64,000 bases of DNA from an uncultured Candidatus Binatia bacterium (GCA_964291295.2 OZ219754.1:2944001-3008000), one strand, 5' to 3'; shown: positions 48,930-59,191, counted from the stretch's first letter. Numbers and translations are program-made. The notes: generated by a model not told the origin, from the sequence alone.

Positions 48930-49739
48930 GTGACTCCCACGACGACTCTTGCAGCGCTTGGCCTGCTGCAGGGGCTCACCGAGTTCCTGCCCGTCAGCAG
49001 TTCCGGACATCTCGTCCTGCTCCAGTCCTGGCTGCCCGGGTTCCGGGAGCCCGGGGTCCTGTTCCATGCCACGGTGCACGTGGCAACGCTCGGGGCCGTG
49101 CTGCTGTACTTCCGCCGCGACGCCGCGGCGCTGGCCCGGGCCGCGGTCCGGCCCCGGCGCTCCGACGCCGCTTCCGTCCGCATCCTCGGGCTCGTCATCA
49201 CCGGCACCGTTCCCACCGCCTTGATCGGCCTTCTCTTCAAGGACACGCTGGAGAGCCTTTTCGCCAGCGCCTCCACTGCGGCCGGCATGCTGCTGGTGAC
49301 CGGCGCATTGCTCGTCGCCACGGACCGCGTGCGCGCGCGCGCCGCCGGCATACGGGACATGCGCGTCCGGCACGCGCTCCTCATCGGCATCGCCCAAGGC
49401 CTGGCCATCGTGCCCGGCCTGTCGCGGTCCGGCGCCACGGTTGCGACAGGGGTGTTCTGCGGCCTCAAGCGCGACCTTGTCCTGCGCTACTCGTTCCTGC
49501 TCTCGGTACCCGCGATCCTCGGAGCCTTTGCGCTCCAACTCCTGACTCACGGAATCCCCAGGATGCAAGAAATCAATGCGCCGGGTTACGCGCTGGCCTT
49601 CCTTGCCGCCTTCGCCGCCGGATACTGCAGCATCGGCGTGCTCTTGAGAATGTTGCTGTCGCGCCGGCTCACGTGGTTCGCGCTCTATTGCTGGGCGGTG
49701 GGCCTCGCCGTGCTCATCGCATCGGGTCTTGCCGCGTAG
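48930..49739 (+). CDS. uppP: Undecaprenyl-diphosphate phosphatase
   Basis: QGLTEFLPVSSSGHL, PGLSRSGAT, YSFLLSVP. Confidence 0.94.
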   Translation: MTPTTTLAALGLLQGLTEFLPVSSSGHLVLLQSWLPGFREPGVLFHATVHVATLGAVLLYFRRDAAALARAAVRPRRSDAASVRILGLVITGTVPTALIGLLFKDTLESLFASASTAAGMLLVTGALLVATDRVRARAAGIRDMRVRHALLIGIAQGLAIVPGLSRSGATVATGVFCGLKRDLVLRYSFLLSVPAILGAFALQLLTHGIPRMQEINAPGYALAFLAAFAAGYCSIGVLLRMLLSRRLTWFALYCWAVGLAVLIASGLAA

Positions 49740-50619
49740 GCTGCGGGTCCAGACGCCGGGCCTGCTCAAGGAACCGCCGAAGCCGCCGCACCGCGGCAAC
49801 CCCGCTCCCGGTCGCCGCCTCCATCACGCGCAGGATGATGCGGCGGATGCCCGCAGCGCGATACCGGACCATGTCCTCCAGGGCAGGGAAGCTCCCGTCG
49901 GGGGTCAGCACCACGGAAAACTCCATGCCGCCGGCATCGCGTCCGCGCGCTTCGGCAGCCCGGCACACGCTGGCAACGGCGTCGGCGGCCTCATCCACCG
50001 GCAGGTCGCCGGGACACCAGCCGTCAGCGTAACGGGCCACCCGGGCCGGAGCGTAGCGCGGATCGTGAATTCCCAGAACGACCGGCGGATGGGGTTTCTG
50101 AAGCGGCTTGGGGAAGAGCCGGACCGGCGGAAAGCGCACGAACTCCCCATCGTAGGCGGCCTCCTCCATGGTCCACAGCACCTTCAACGCCTCCACCCCC
50201 TCGCGCAGAGCCTTCCACCGGCGCTTGAACGGGACCCCGAGGATCTCCGCTTCTTCCGGGAACCAGCCGGCCCCCACGCCCATGATGAACCGGCCGCCGC
50301 AGTGCCGGTCCAGGGTGGCCGCCGCCTTGGCCGTGGCGATGATGTCGCGCTGCGGCAGGATGCAGATGCCGGTGGCCACCCGCAGATGGTCGGTGGCCTG
50401 GGCCGCCATGGCCGCGGCGATGAAGGGGTCCGGCAGATGCGCGAACGACTCGGGCACCTTGCCGTCCGGGGCGCGCTTGTAACGGGACTTGTAGCGAACC
50501 GGAATGAGCATGTGCTCCGGAAACCACAGCGACTCGAAGCCCAAGCGTTCCACCTCCCCGGCGATGTCGCCGACCCGACCCGACTGTTCCGTCGAAAACA
50601 GGGACAGACCCAGATCCAT
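49714..50619 (-). CDS. LLM-class F420-dependent oxidoreductase
   Basis: GFESLWFPEH, DPF, ATLD..CGGRF..GVGAGW, PKPLQKPHPP. Confidence 0.9.
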   Translation of the reverse strand: MDLGLSLFSTEQSGRVGDIAGEVERLGFESLWFPEHMLIPVRYKSRYKRAPDGKVPESFAHLPDPFIAAAMAAQATDHLRVATGICILPQRDIIATAKAAATLDRHCGGRFIMGVGAGWFPEEAEILGVPFKRRWKALREGVEALKVLWTMEEAAYDGEFVRFPPVRLFPKPLQKPHPPVVLGIHDPRYAPARVARYADGWCPGDLPVDEAADAVASVCRAAEARGRDAGGMEFSVVLTPDGSFPALEDMVRYRAAGIRRIILRVMEAATGSGVAAVRRLRRFLEQARRLDPQPTRQDPMR

Positions 50620-50813
50620 GATGCGCTCGAGACCTCCGCGTTGTCTTTCGTCGCCGTTCCCGCTATACGCTACGAACGTTCCGCCGGCCGCGTCCTTCGA
50701 TGCCGATCCGCCACGCCCGGAACCCGCAGCCGCGGCACCGGAACCCTTGCGGAACCCCCTGTGGAACTGTGTGGCGGAAGCCCGCCATGCCGCCTGCTCC
50801 GGAGGAGGATAAC

Positions 50814-51995
50814 ATGCCCGAACCACCGGCCGGAACCCGGGCCTTCACCCGTGCCCTCGAGAGCGACGCCGTCCTGGTTGCCATCGGATGGGACCAGTGG
50901 CTGGCGATGCCGCCGCCCCGCGGCGACGGCGCCTATGCCGTCACCGAGGTGGTCGAGCGCTACCGGCGCAACGGCTACGAGTGGGACATGCACGGCTCCC
51001 TCTACACGCCGGCGAAGGAGCGGGATGACCGGCCGGCTTTCGTGATGTTCCACGGCGGCGGGGCCAACGAGACGGTGATGGACCTCACCCCGGACGGCCG
51101 CCCGGGACTGGCCCGACGGCTGGCCGCCCAGGGCCACACGGTTCTGGCCTTGAGCTACCCGGGGCTGTGGCCGCCGGGCGGGCAATGGGACAGGCCCATC
51201 GCGGAACGGATGCCGGTGTACCTGCTGGACACCGCGACCCGCGAAGAGGAGCTCCGGGACCGGCTGCTCAAGTGCACGTTCAACGTGATTCTCCAGGGCG
51301 CCGGACAGCTGGTCGACCGGCACCTGCGGGGCCGGCGGCTCATCTCCTTCGGCCATTCCACCGGCGGCCCCATGGCCGCGCATCTGACCCGGTTCACCCG
51401 GGAGGCCGAGGTTGTCGGCGTGGCGGGCTGGGGCAGCGGCGGGCCGGACGGCTGGCGCCGGGAGTGGCGCGAGGCCACCGGGATGGAGTCCCCCAGACCC
51501 CACGGACTCACGCAGATCTCCCGGCGCACGGTGGAAGCGTACCGGAGGTCCCACTACGAGGACCTGCCGGAGCTGACCCCCTGGGGCCGGATGGAAGACT
51601 TCTTCCGGCTCACCGAAAGAACCCGGCCGCAGATCAAGATCGGCCTGCGCGACAACCAGCACAATGTGTCGCCCGAACGGCTGGAGGAATACGTCCGGGT
51701 CACCGGCCTGCCGCGGGAGGAGTACTTCGACCACCTGCAGGATCCGCCTTCGGAATGGCTCGCCGGCATCAAGGTCCTTCTCATGGTGGGCGAGAACGAC
51801 CACGGCCATTGGGTCGGCGGTGGGAGCCTGGGCGACAAGCGCGAGATGTACATGGCCGGGAAGTACCTCGAGGCCGGGGCGGTGGCGCACGTGGGACTGG
51901 TGCCGAAGTACACGCACATGGGCCACTGGGCGCTGCACAACGAGAATATCGCCTACGCCTGGCTGTGGGCCCTGGAGACCGGCTACTTCGACTAG
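50814..51995 (+). CDS. Uncharacterised alpha/beta-hydrolase-fold protein
   Basis: FHGGG oxyanion motif, GHSTGG nucleophile elbow, GEND, late His; SD GGAGG. Confidence 0.7.
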   Translation: MPEPPAGTRAFTRALESDAVLVAIGWDQWLAMPPPRGDGAYAVTEVVERYRRNGYEWDMHGSLYTPAKERDDRPAFVMFHGGGANETVMDLTPDGRPGLARRLAAQGHTVLALSYPGLWPPGGQWDRPIAERMPVYLLDTATREEELRDRLLKCTFNVILQGAGQLVDRHLRGRRLISFGHSTGGPMAAHLTRFTREAEVVGVAGWGSGGPDGWRREWREATGMESPRPHGLTQISRRTVEAYRRSHYEDLPELTPWGRMEDFFRLTERTRPQIKIGLRDNQHNVSPERLEEYVRVTGLPREEYFDHLQDPPSEWLAGIKVLLMVGENDHGHWVGGGSLGDKREMYMAGKYLEAGAVAHVGLVPKYTHMGHWALHNENIAYAWLWALETGYFD

Positions 51996-52027
51996 CGGCG
52001 CCGCGCCGAAACAACTCCGGAGGTTCC

Positions 52028-52882
52028 ATGCCCCTGCTCCGAGTCGACGATACCGAACTGTACTACGAGATCCACGGCGAGGGGCGGCCTTTGCTCTTTC
52101 TCAGCGAGACCCACTGCGACGGGGAGGTATGGAAGATCCATCAGGTGCCGGAGTTTTCCCGGGACCACCGGGTGATCCTCATGGACTACCGCGGCACCGG
52201 GCGGTCCGGCAAGCCGTCGATCCCCTGCACGACGCGGCTGTTCGCCGACGATGCGGTGGCGCTGCTGGATCACCTGAAGGTTTCCGAGACCATCGTCTGC
52301 GGCCATTCCATGGGCGGCCGGGTAGCACAGATCATGGCGCTGGACCATCCCTCGCGGGTCACGGCCCTGATCCTGGCATCCACCGGCGCGTCGTTCCCCG
52401 ACACCCGGGGGATACCCCTGAAGATCGCCACCGAAATGGTGGAGTGGGGATACGAGAAGTACGTCCGCGACCATTCCATCCTCGTGGGCTTCACCGAGGA
52501 ATTCGCCGCGCAACACCCGGACCGGGTGGAGCACTATCTGCGCGTGCGCATGGCCAACATGGGGCCGGTGGAGTTCTACTTTCGTCACCTGCTCGCCCGG
52601 CAGGGACACGACACCAGCGGCCGCCTGGGCGAAATCCGGACGCCCACCCTTATCCTCGTGGGAGAGGACGACCGCAACGTCACCAGCGACATGTCCCACC
52701 GCACGTCGTCGGATATCCTTGAGAAGGGCATACCGGGCGCCAGGCTGGTGGTGCTTGCGGGAGAGCGGCACAGCTATTTCTTTGCCAATCCGGACGCCGC
52801 CCACCGCGCCATGCGGGACTTTCTGGCGCAGGTCCGGGAAGGGGGCGCGCGGGTTCCTGATCCGTCCGGCGGCGGGCCGTGA
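52028..52882 (+). CDS. Alpha/beta hydrolase (enol-lactonase-like)
   Basis: LYYEIHGEG.P, DYRGTGRS, GHSMGG, GEDD, ERH. Confidence 0.9.
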   Translation: MPLLRVDDTELYYEIHGEGRPLLFLSETHCDGEVWKIHQVPEFSRDHRVILMDYRGTGRSGKPSIPCTTRLFADDAVALLDHLKVSETIVCGHSMGGRVAQIMALDHPSRVTALILASTGASFPDTRGIPLKIATEMVEWGYEKYVRDHSILVGFTEEFAAQHPDRVEHYLRVRMANMGPVEFYFRHLLARQGHDTSGRLGEIRTPTLILVGEDDRNVTSDMSHRTSSDILEKGIPGARLVVLAGERHSYFFANPDAAHRAMRDFLAQVREGGARVPDPSGGGP

Positions 52883-53068
52883 AGGCCCTGCGGCGGAAAA
52901 AGCTGCCCGTCATCGTGAATTTTACGCCGTCGGGTCTTGACTCCGCACGATCAGAATTGTTGAATGCCGCCTTTGTACGGTCCTTCGGGAGGGAGACCTG
53001 CGGGATACACAGACTCGTGCCGGCTCGAAGCAAGGCTTCGTGCCATGCACGCCAGTGATGAGGATGCC

Positions 53069-53545
53069 ATGGCGCAACGCGTACGACCGAAAATCTTGAT
53101 TGCGGACAGCTACAAGAGCCACACCGAAACGCTGACGGGATATCTGAAGGAACTCACGCCCGCCATCGAAGTGTTCAGCGCGGCGGAGGGCCGCGGTGCC
53201 TTGTCCGAAGCCGCCGCGCGGGACATCCACCTGTTTCTTGTCAACGGCTTTCTCAAGGGTCCGCTGAACGGTTTCGATCTCTGCCGGGGCATCCGCCAGC
53301 TGGACGCCCACCAGCGGACGCCGATCATACTGCTGCTCTCGGGCCATCTCATGTCCTATCATCAAAGGGGCCTCAACGCGGGCGCCGACCTGTTCCTGCA
53401 CCAACCGGTGGAAAAACAGGAGTTGTGGCGGATGGTGGTGCTGCTGCTGAACGAGTTTTCCCGGAGGCGGAAACAGGACAAGGCGGTGGACACCAAGAAC
53501 ACGGACCTCATGGAGATCAAGCCCTTCGTGCGCACCCTGCACTGA
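53069..53545 (+). CDS. Atypical single-domain response regulator receiver
   Basis: KILIAD..NGFDLCR.IR..TPIILL..GLNAGAD.F..P fold; phospho-Asp is Asn, Lys is Gln. Confidence 0.75.
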   Translation: MAQRVRPKILIADSYKSHTETLTGYLKELTPAIEVFSAAEGRGALSEAAARDIHLFLVNGFLKGPLNGFDLCRGIRQLDAHQRTPIILLLSGHLMSYHQRGLNAGADLFLHQPVEKQELWRMVVLLLNEFSRRRKQDKAVDTKNTDLMEIKPFVRTLH

Positions 53546-53575
53546 CCGGTCCGGTCGGTCCGCGCACGGACGCGG

Positions 53576-54514
53576 CTACAGCCCCACGATCTCGTTGACC
53601 TCGGCCAGATCCGACGCCGTCAACTCCCATTCCGCCGCCTTGGCGTTGTCCTGGAACTGACTCAGGCGCGTGGCGCCGGAAATGACCGAACAGACCCGCG
53701 GCTGCGCCAGCAACCAGCACTGCGCCAGTTCGTGCACCCCCCGTCCCCGGGCCTCGGCCCACGCCGCCAGGCACTCCACGATGTCGTGGTTGGCATCGGT
53801 CATGTACTGCCGGACATAGTCATGACTCTCGCCGCGGGAGCCGGGTGGCGGCGGCTGCCCCTTGACGTACTTGCCGGTCAGGAAGCCTCCCGCCAACGGG
53901 AAATAGGGAACGAAGCCAACGCCGTGGGCGCGGCAATAGGGCAGCACCTCCCGCTCCACCTCCCTTTCCAGCATATGGTAGTGGGATTGCATCACCGCAA
54001 AGGCGGTCCAGCCGCGAAACTCGGCCAGGACGTTGGCGTGCGCCAGTTGCCACGCGGCAAAGTCCGAGCCGCCGATGTAGCGGACCTTCCCCTGCCGGAT
54101 GAGGTCGTCCAGCGCCCGCAGGGTTTCCTGGATCGGCGTCGCGTCGTCCCACCGGTGAATGTAGTAGACGTCGATATGGTCGCTCTGAAGCCGCCGGAGA
54201 CTCCCATCCACCGCGTTCATGAGATGATAGCGTGACGTGCCCCGGTCATTGCTGCCCGGGCCGGTGGGAAAGAAGAACTTGGTGGCCACCACGAAGCGGT
54301 CCCGGCGCCCCTTGAGAGCATTGCCCAAGGTTTCCTCGGAGCGGCCCCCCTGGTAGCTGTTGGAGGTGTCGATGAAGTTGATGCCGAGATCCAGGGCGGC
54401 GTCGATGATGGCGGTCACCTGATCCTGCGGCAACGCCGGCGAGCCGAACCGGTTGGTTCCCAGACCGATGGCGGAAACGCGAACACCAGACGATCCAAGC
54501 TGGCGATACTGCAT
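53576..54514 (-). CDS. Aldo/keto reductase
   Basis: LGSSG.RVS.IGLG, FIDTSNSY, ATK, SLRRLQ.D.ID.YY.H, PLAGGFLTGKY. Confidence 0.93.
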   Translation of the reverse strand: MQYRQLGSSGVRVSAIGLGTNRFGSPALPQDQVTAIIDAALDLGINFIDTSNSYQGGRSEETLGNALKGRRDRFVVATKFFFPTGPGSNDRGTSRYHLMNAVDGSLRRLQSDHIDVYYIHRWDDATPIQETLRALDDLIRQGKVRYIGGSDFAAWQLAHANVLAEFRGWTAFAVMQSHYHMLEREVEREVLPYCRAHGVGFVPYFPLAGGFLTGKYVKGQPPPPGSRGESHDYVRQYMTDANHDIVECLAAWAEARGRGVHELAQCWLLAQPRVCSVISGATRLSQFQDNAKAAEWELTASDLAEVNEIVGL

Positions 54515-54874
54515 GGACAATCCTCCCGTCGACCCCGGTGTGCGGTTCCGTCGATCCGCATGAGAGCCTGTGGATTCGACGGCTCGGCAAAGTTACCAGA
54601 TCGGTACCGGATGCGCGACCGGATACCGGAGCACCCCTGGAACAGTTTCCGTGGCCGCCGGCGTTGCCCTCCGATGGCGCCTCCTCAAGGCCGAATCCGG
54701 CACGCCGGCAATGAAATCGACTTCCCTTACGGGCTCCCGGCGTCGGCTCCCCATGGACCGCCGGCGTCGCCCCCTCGCCGGCCACGAGCCCGGCACGGGC
54801 GCCCGGCCGATTTGACCGGTTCGGCGCACGGGTGCTAGTTTCCAGCCCTCGACAACGCAACCCCGGAGGTGGTC

Positions 54875-55639
54875 ATGCAGTGGGACATGGAGGGTGACAG
54901 CGCATTCGTGACCGGCGGCGGCAGTGGCATCGGCCAGGCCATCGCCCTCAAGCTCGGTGCGGCGGGAGTCCGGGTGGCGGTAGCCGACGTGGACGCGGCC
55001 ACGGCGCGCGGCACCGCCTCCCGCATCACCGGGGATGGCGGCACCGCCCTGCCCCTGGAACTGGACGTCACCCGCTCGGACCAGGTGAATCACGCCGTCG
55101 CCCGGGCTCACGCCGAGTTCGGCGGTCTCGCCTACCTCATGAACGTGGCCGGCATCTCGCAGCAGAAGCCGGTGCACGAGATAAGCGACCCGGACTGGGC
55201 GCGCATGATCGACGTGCACCTGAACGGCACCTTCTACTGCATCCGCGCGGTTCTGCCGTTGATGATGGAAGCGGGATTCGGGGTCATCGCGAGCCTGTCG
55301 TCCATGCACGGCCTCAAGGGCCAGGAGCAGGCATCCCACTACTCCGCCGCCAAGGCCGGCATCGCCGCCCTTACCAAGGCGGCGGCCAGGGAGGTGGCCG
55401 GTCACGGCATCCGCATCAACGCGCTGGCGCCGGGGCCCATCGACACACCCATGTGGCGCCGGGGTCTCACCGGCGAGGCCCTGGAGCGGCGCAAGTCGGA
55501 CCGTTCCAGGATCGTGCCCATGGGGCGGCTCGGCGAAGCCGGGGAGGTGGCCGACCTGGCGATGTTTCTGCTGAGTTCCGCCAGCACCTACATGACCGGC
55601 CAGATCGTCGGGGTGAACGGCGGCGAATTGATGCCGTGA
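54875..55639 (+). CDS. SDR family oxidoreductase
   Basis: TGGGSGIG, NVAG, YSAAK, NALAPG.IDT. Confidence 0.93.
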   Translation: MQWDMEGDSAFVTGGGSGIGQAIALKLGAAGVRVAVADVDAATARGTASRITGDGGTALPLELDVTRSDQVNHAVARAHAEFGGLAYLMNVAGISQQKPVHEISDPDWARMIDVHLNGTFYCIRAVLPLMMEAGFGVIASLSSMHGLKGQEQASHYSAAKAGIAALTKAAAREVAGHGIRINALAPGPIDTPMWRRGLTGEALERRKSDRSRIVPMGRLGEAGEVADLAMFLLSSASTYMTGQIVGVNGGELMP

Positions 55640-55702
55640 GGCGGCGCCCGGGGCCGCCCCGCGGAACGGGCGGTGCGGCTGGACTGCCTCGCGCGCCCGC
55701 CG

Positions 55703-56752
55703 CTAACCACCCCGGAACAGCGGCAACTGGCCGGTCCCGGCCCGAAACGATGCGGTCGACAGGTTCCGGCTCCGGCGCGGCAGCGCCAGCTTCCGGCATG
55801 TGGCGTGAAACAGCGCCTCCACCTGCCGGGCGAAGATCCCCTGCCCTTTCATGCGGGTCTTGAAATCCGAGTCGTTGAGCTTGCCGCCGCGAATTTCCCG
55901 GACGCGGTTCAACACCTTCTCCTTGCGATCCGGAAAGTGCTCTTCCAGCCATGTCTTGAACAGCCCGCTGACGCCCAGCGGCAGACGCAGGAGCGAGTAG
56001 CCGGCGCACCCGGCTCCGGCCTCGGCCGCCGCCGCCAGGATCGCCGGCATCTCGTGATCCGTCAGCGCCGGGACCACCGGCGCCACCAGCACCCCCACCG
56101 GGATACCCGCCGCACTCAGGGCGCGAATCGCGTCGAGGCGCCGGTGCGGCTGCGAGGTCCGCGGCTCCATGCGGCCGCAGAGGTCCCCGTCCAGCGTCGT
56201 CACCGAGATGAACACCATCGCCGCATCGTGGGCCGCCAACTCCCGCAAGAGGTCCACATCCCTGGTCACCAGATGGTTCTTGGTGATGATGGCCACGGGG
56301 TTGCGGAATGCTGCGAACACCTTCAGACAGCCGCGGACAAGCTCCAGCCGGCGCTCCACCGGCTGGTACGGATCGGTCACGCCGCACAGGGCCACCACCT
56401 GGGGATTCCAGCGGGACGACGACAGCTCCTTTCTCAGTAGCTCCGGCGCCTCCTCCTTCACCAGGATGCGGGACTCGAAGTCGAGCCCGGCGGAGAAGCC
56501 CAGGTACTCGTGGGTGGGCCGGGCGTAGCAGTAGATGCAGCCGTGTTCGCAGCCTCGGTACGGATTGACGCTGGCGTCGAAACCCACGTCGGGACTGTCG
56601 TTGTAGGCGATGATGGAGCGGGAGCGGTCCTTGAAGAACCGCGTGGAGGGTCCCGCGGGAGCGCCGTCCGGGACAAAGGCAAAAGGTTCGAAACGGTTAC
56701 GGGGGTTGTGGCTGCTCCCCCGACCGGCGATGCCGGTCTTCGGTTCACTCAT
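55703..56752 (-). CDS. PA0069-family radical SAM protein
   Basis: NPYRGCEHGCIYCYARPTHEYLG, TDPYQP.ER. Confidence 0.92.
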   Translation of the reverse strand: MSEPKTGIAGRGSSHNPRNRFEPFAFVPDGAPAGPSTRFFKDRSRSIIAYNDSPDVGFDASVNPYRGCEHGCIYCYARPTHEYLGFSAGLDFESRILVKEEAPELLRKELSSSRWNPQVVALCGVTDPYQPVERRLELVRGCLKVFAAFRNPVAIITKNHLVTRDVDLLRELAAHDAAMVFISVTTLDGDLCGRMEPRTSQPHRRLDAIRALSAAGIPVGVLVAPVVPALTDHEMPAILAAAAEAGAGCAGYSLLRLPLGVSGLFKTWLEEHFPDRKEKVLNRVREIRGGKLNDSDFKTRMKGQGIFARQVEALFHATCRKLALPRRSRNLSTASFRAGTGQLPLFRGG

Positions 56753-56776
56753 GGTCCGGGCCGGGTGCCTCCCCGG

Positions 56777-57391
56777 TCAGCGCGCGGCGTCCCGGATGCG
56801 CCACTGCTTGAACCTCGCGTCGGTGGACGCGCAGGTCGCGAGCACGAGACTGCGAGACATGAACGGCCCGGCCGACCGGCTTTCCAGGCCCGCCGCCAGA
56901 CAGAGCGCCCGATGGCCACCCGGCCGGAACTCCATCGTCGCGCCGTCGTAGTCGAACACCTGGCCGGGGGCGTCCTTCGCGCAATCCACCAAGCCCAGGG
57001 AGACCCCGGCGGCGGCCGGTGCCACCAGCGCGGCACACTTCCCGGAAAAGGCGACCGACGCGATCCGCCGCGCCGCCCTGTCGTAGAGGAACTGTACGTC
57101 ACCGCCCCGCGGCTTGCACGAGTGTGCATGCAACCGCTCGCCGAACCCTCGTCCGACGGTATCGATGCACCACCCCAGCCGGTCCGGCTCGTCAAGATTG
57201 TCCGCCAGGTGGATTACCGGCGCCGGGGTCTGCAACTCCGGCGGTGCCGGGTGCGCCGCCACCGGTATCCACAACAGCAGGAGAACCATCCACGAGGACA
57301 CCTTGACGACTGGCGCGACCGCATCCGGAGCGCCGGGGACGCCCGTACACTCATCCCGGGAACTGGCGGTGGGCATGTTCATCCTCTCCAT
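56777..57391 (-). CDS. Secreted ricin-B (beta-trefoil) lectin-like protein
   Basis: Hydrophobic segment then WCIDT..HSC..Q.F, C..LVDC..Q.F, LCL..LATC..KQW repeats; start uncertain. Confidence 0.65.
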   Translation of the reverse strand: MERMNMPTASSRDECTGVPGAPDAVAPVVKVSSWMVLLLLWIPVAAHPAPPELQTPAPVIHLADNLDEPDRLGWCIDTVGRGFGERLHAHSCKPRGGDVQFLYDRAARRIASVAFSGKCAALVAPAAAGVSLGLVDCAKDAPGQVFDYDGATMEFRPGGHRALCLAAGLESRSAGPFMSRSLVLATCASTDARFKQWRIRDAAR

Positions 57392-57777
57392 CTCCTGTCC
57401 TCCTGTCTCGTGTCCCGCTTCCACAAGACACGCAAGGAACGGGGCCGCCAGAGCGGCAGCTGGCGGACAACTCCGCGCAGATGGCGCCGGCGGCGAGTCC
57501 GGGCGGTCAGAACCTGCCGCACCCCCGGTCCCGCGGCCGGCAGCGGCGGCTTCCGGGCCAGCCCCCTTCCCCGGGGGAGAGAGGGCTGGCGGACCACGAT
57601 CCCCGTCCTCGCCGCCCGGCGAGATCGTTGCCCGGGAGCCACGCATCGAACCGCCGCGTATCGAACCCCGCGTATCGAACCGTTGGCGGCGCATCGGCGG
57701 GACGGCATGGAGAACGGCGGCGGGACGGCCGCGGGGCCACGAGGCTCCGTGGCCGTGGTTCGACGATCGCGGCAGTG

Positions 57778-58011
57778 TCAGAGACCGAGCAGCGAGTCGA
57801 TCCGCTCCTGGTCGAAGCCGACGACCGCCTCCCCGTCAATGATGACAACGGGGGTGCTCTGAAACCCCCGCGCCAAGAGATCCTTCAGAGCCTCCTGGTT
57901 CTCGCGAATGTTCTTCTCCACGAAATCGACGCCTTTTTGAGAAAGATACTCCTTCTCTCGATGACAAGGCGGTCAACCGGGCTGGGTGAACAGGATGATG
58001 GAATCGGCCAT
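57778..58011 (-). CDS. Glutaredoxin/NrdH-like selenoprotein (UPPC), TGA at codon 13
   Basis: MADSIILFTQPG-TGA-PPCHREKEYLSQKGVDFVEKNI...APPVVIIDGEAVVGFDQERIDSLLGL; SD GGAGG; SECIS-like hairpin. Confidence 0.88.
57930..57971 (-). promoter_or_regulatory. Bacterial SECIS-like hairpin
   Basis: GAGAAGGA-GUA-UCUUUCUC stem with loop 23 nt after UGA; outer CGCCUU/AAGGCG stem. Confidence 0.7.
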
Positions 58012-58146
58012 GTGTACCTCCGTTTCGGTTTCTCATAGCATCCGGCGGAAGGTTTCTCAAAGCGCGTCTTGACACCACTGCCTCACTTCTGTAGCGAAGG
58101 GTCTCGGCGTCGACGACGCCGACAAAACAAGGACGGGGGGACATCC

Positions 58147-59187
58147 ATGACACGCAGGCGCATATCCTTTCTGGCCGCGGCCGCCATCTTGGGCACCGGG
58201 CTTCTGACGGCTCCCGGGGCCCGCGCCGATGACTTCTACAAGGGCAAGACGTTCCGCTTCATTGTCGGGTTCTCGCCCGGCGGCGGCTACGACACCTACA
58301 CGCGGCTGGTGGCCCGCTACTTCGGCAAGTACGTTCCCGGCAATCCCACCACGCTGGTGCAGAACATGACCGGAGCCGGCAGCCTGATCTCGGCCAACTA
58401 CATCGGCCGCCGGGCCAGGCCGGACGGTCTCACCGGCGCGGTCTTCAACAACTCCCTGATCGTGCAGAAGGCATTGGGCGACAAGAAGGCCGGGGCGGTG
58501 CCGTTCGAGAAGATGGAGTGGGTGGGCGCCCCCAGCAAGGGCGAGATCGTGTGCATGATGATGGCCTTCACCGGCAAGACGACGTGGAAGGACGTCATCC
58601 AGTCCAGGGAGCCCATCAAGATGGGCGCCACCCGGGCGGGTTCCACCGGCTACGACATCCCGATGATCCTGAACAGGAGCATGGACACCAACTTCGATAT
58701 CATCAGCGGATACCGCGGAACGGCCACCATACGGCTGGCGCTGGAGAGCCGCGAGGTGGACGGCTTCTGCTCCCAGTGGGAGTCCATGCGGGTCACCGCC
58801 CGAAGCATGCTGGACGCCGCGGGCGGACAGAAGCTCGTGCCCTTCATCGTCGACAGCCACAGCTATCCCGATCCGGAGATCCAGGGTCTGACGCTGTTCA
58901 AGGATGTCCTCAACAAGGAAGGCCTCCAGATCTACAACTCGTGGGCGTCCCAGATGGCGTTCCAGCGCATGCTGGCGCTGCCGCCGGGCACCCCCGGGGA
59001 CCGGCTGGAAATCCTGCGGAAAGCCTACGACGCGACCCTGAAGGATCCCGACCTGCTGGCCGAGGCCAGGAAGGCCAAGCTCGTGGTCACCCACGTCCCG
59101 GGACCGGAGGTGGAGCGGTTCGTGAACGGGATCCTCGGCATGCCGCAACACGTCAAGGAGAGCCTCTCCTTTCTGACAAGGAAATAA
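58147..59187 (+). CDS. TctC/Bug substrate-binding protein
   Basis: Signal peptide; FYKGKT...VGFSPGGGYD.Y.RL..NMTGAGS..PDGLT; SGYRG. Confidence 0.9.
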   Translation: MTRRRISFLAAAAILGTGLLTAPGARADDFYKGKTFRFIVGFSPGGGYDTYTRLVARYFGKYVPGNPTTLVQNMTGAGSLISANYIGRRARPDGLTGAVFNNSLIVQKALGDKKAGAVPFEKMEWVGAPSKGEIVCMMMAFTGKTTWKDVIQSREPIKMGATRAGSTGYDIPMILNRSMDTNFDIISGYRGTATIRLALESREVDGFCSQWESMRVTARSMLDAAGGQKLVPFIVDSHSYPDPEIQGLTLFKDVLNKEGLQIYNSWASQMAFQRMLALPPGTPGDRLEILRKAYDATLKDPDLLAEARKAKLVVTHVPGPEVERFVNGILGMPQHVKESLSFLTRK

Positions 59188-59191
59188 CGGT

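Noticed and set aside
57642-57682. Short repeats as a mini-CRISPR array (also 36811-36840, 19032-19074)
   Set aside because: Units are 10-15 bp, tandem without unique spacers; no cas genes
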